Shown one piece after another: positions 63,811-64,000 of a DNA stretch of 64,000 nucleotides. Under the pieces are notes generated by a model. The model was given only the letters and a program-made list of their open reading frames with translations, did not search any database and was not told the DNA's origin. Source of the DNA: an uncultured Actinomycetes bacterium (GTDB lineage Bacteria; Actinomycetota; UBA4738; HRBIN12); the NCBI GenBank assembly GCA_963704885.1, contig CAVPIB010000007.1, positions 160,001 to 224,000 on the forward strand, read 5' to 3'. The position numbers and the translations under genes are program-made. Position 1 is the stretch's first letter, and every line of letters begins with the position of its first letter.

Positions 63811-64000
63811 GCCACCCTCGCGAGCGCCTCGGCTTGGGAGCGCAAAGCGGATCGGGACGACCGTCGCCGCTGAATGGCGAACGACAACGCAACCGCCACC
63901 CATGGCACCACTAATAGGATCGTCGCGACCGCGTTGATGGACGGGTCGATCGTGCGTCGCAGGCGGGACAGAACGAAGAGCGGCAGCGTCACCCGCGTCC
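63807..64000 (-). CDS. PotC-like ABC permease, 3' end only
   Basis: TLPLFVLSRLRRTIDPSINAVATI; overlaps the ATPase start. Confidence 0.8.
   Translation of the reverse strand, partial: TRVTLPLFVLSRLRRTIDPSINAVATILLVVPWVAVALSFAIQRRRSSRSALRSQAEALARVA

Noticed and set aside
1-64000. CRISPR array, rRNA or IS element
   Set aside because: No regularly spaced repeats, rRNA-like stretch or transposase motifs were seen.

Overview
GC-rich bacterial chromosomal segment, most likely from an Actinomycetota lineage (inferred from MmpL/TetR pairs, the large NAD-GDH, the HAD-OtsB/GH65 trehalose pair, a zf-HC2 anti-sigma and a USP cluster). It holds about 60 genes and one tRNA-Arg(CCT), with no CRISPR array and no recognisable transposase or integrase. 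Main signals: (1) a hidden selenoprotein, where two short ORFs at 36.1-36.7 kb are one TlpA/redoxin lipoprotein with an in-frame TGA in a WAPW-U-TT-C active site followed at once by a SECIS-like hairpin; (2) the thiol-redox island around it (34.8-44.0 kb: DsbB/BdbC, three thioredoxin-fold proteins, CcdA, DUF3179, glutaredoxin-TrxB fusion, ECF sigma/ZAS anti-sigma, MerT-like), whose transcription units mostly share a GGAAT/CC-N16-CGTC promoter motif that recurs, duplicated, before a DUF2330-cupredoxin operon at 62.5 kb; (3) a candidate signal-synthase/receptor cassette at 1-6.7 kb (alpha-oxoamine synthase, two paralogous multi-TM sensors, MFS exporter), each gene preceded by a sigma28/WhiG-like promoter; (4) a non-pyrrolysine MttB/corrinoid pair, a USP-Rieske fusion, atypical receiver proteins, a USP/P-type ATPase block with DosR-like boxes, and several gene remnants or frameshifts. 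All calls come from reading sequence and motifs; no database search was run, and many starts were adjusted by eye from the ORF track.
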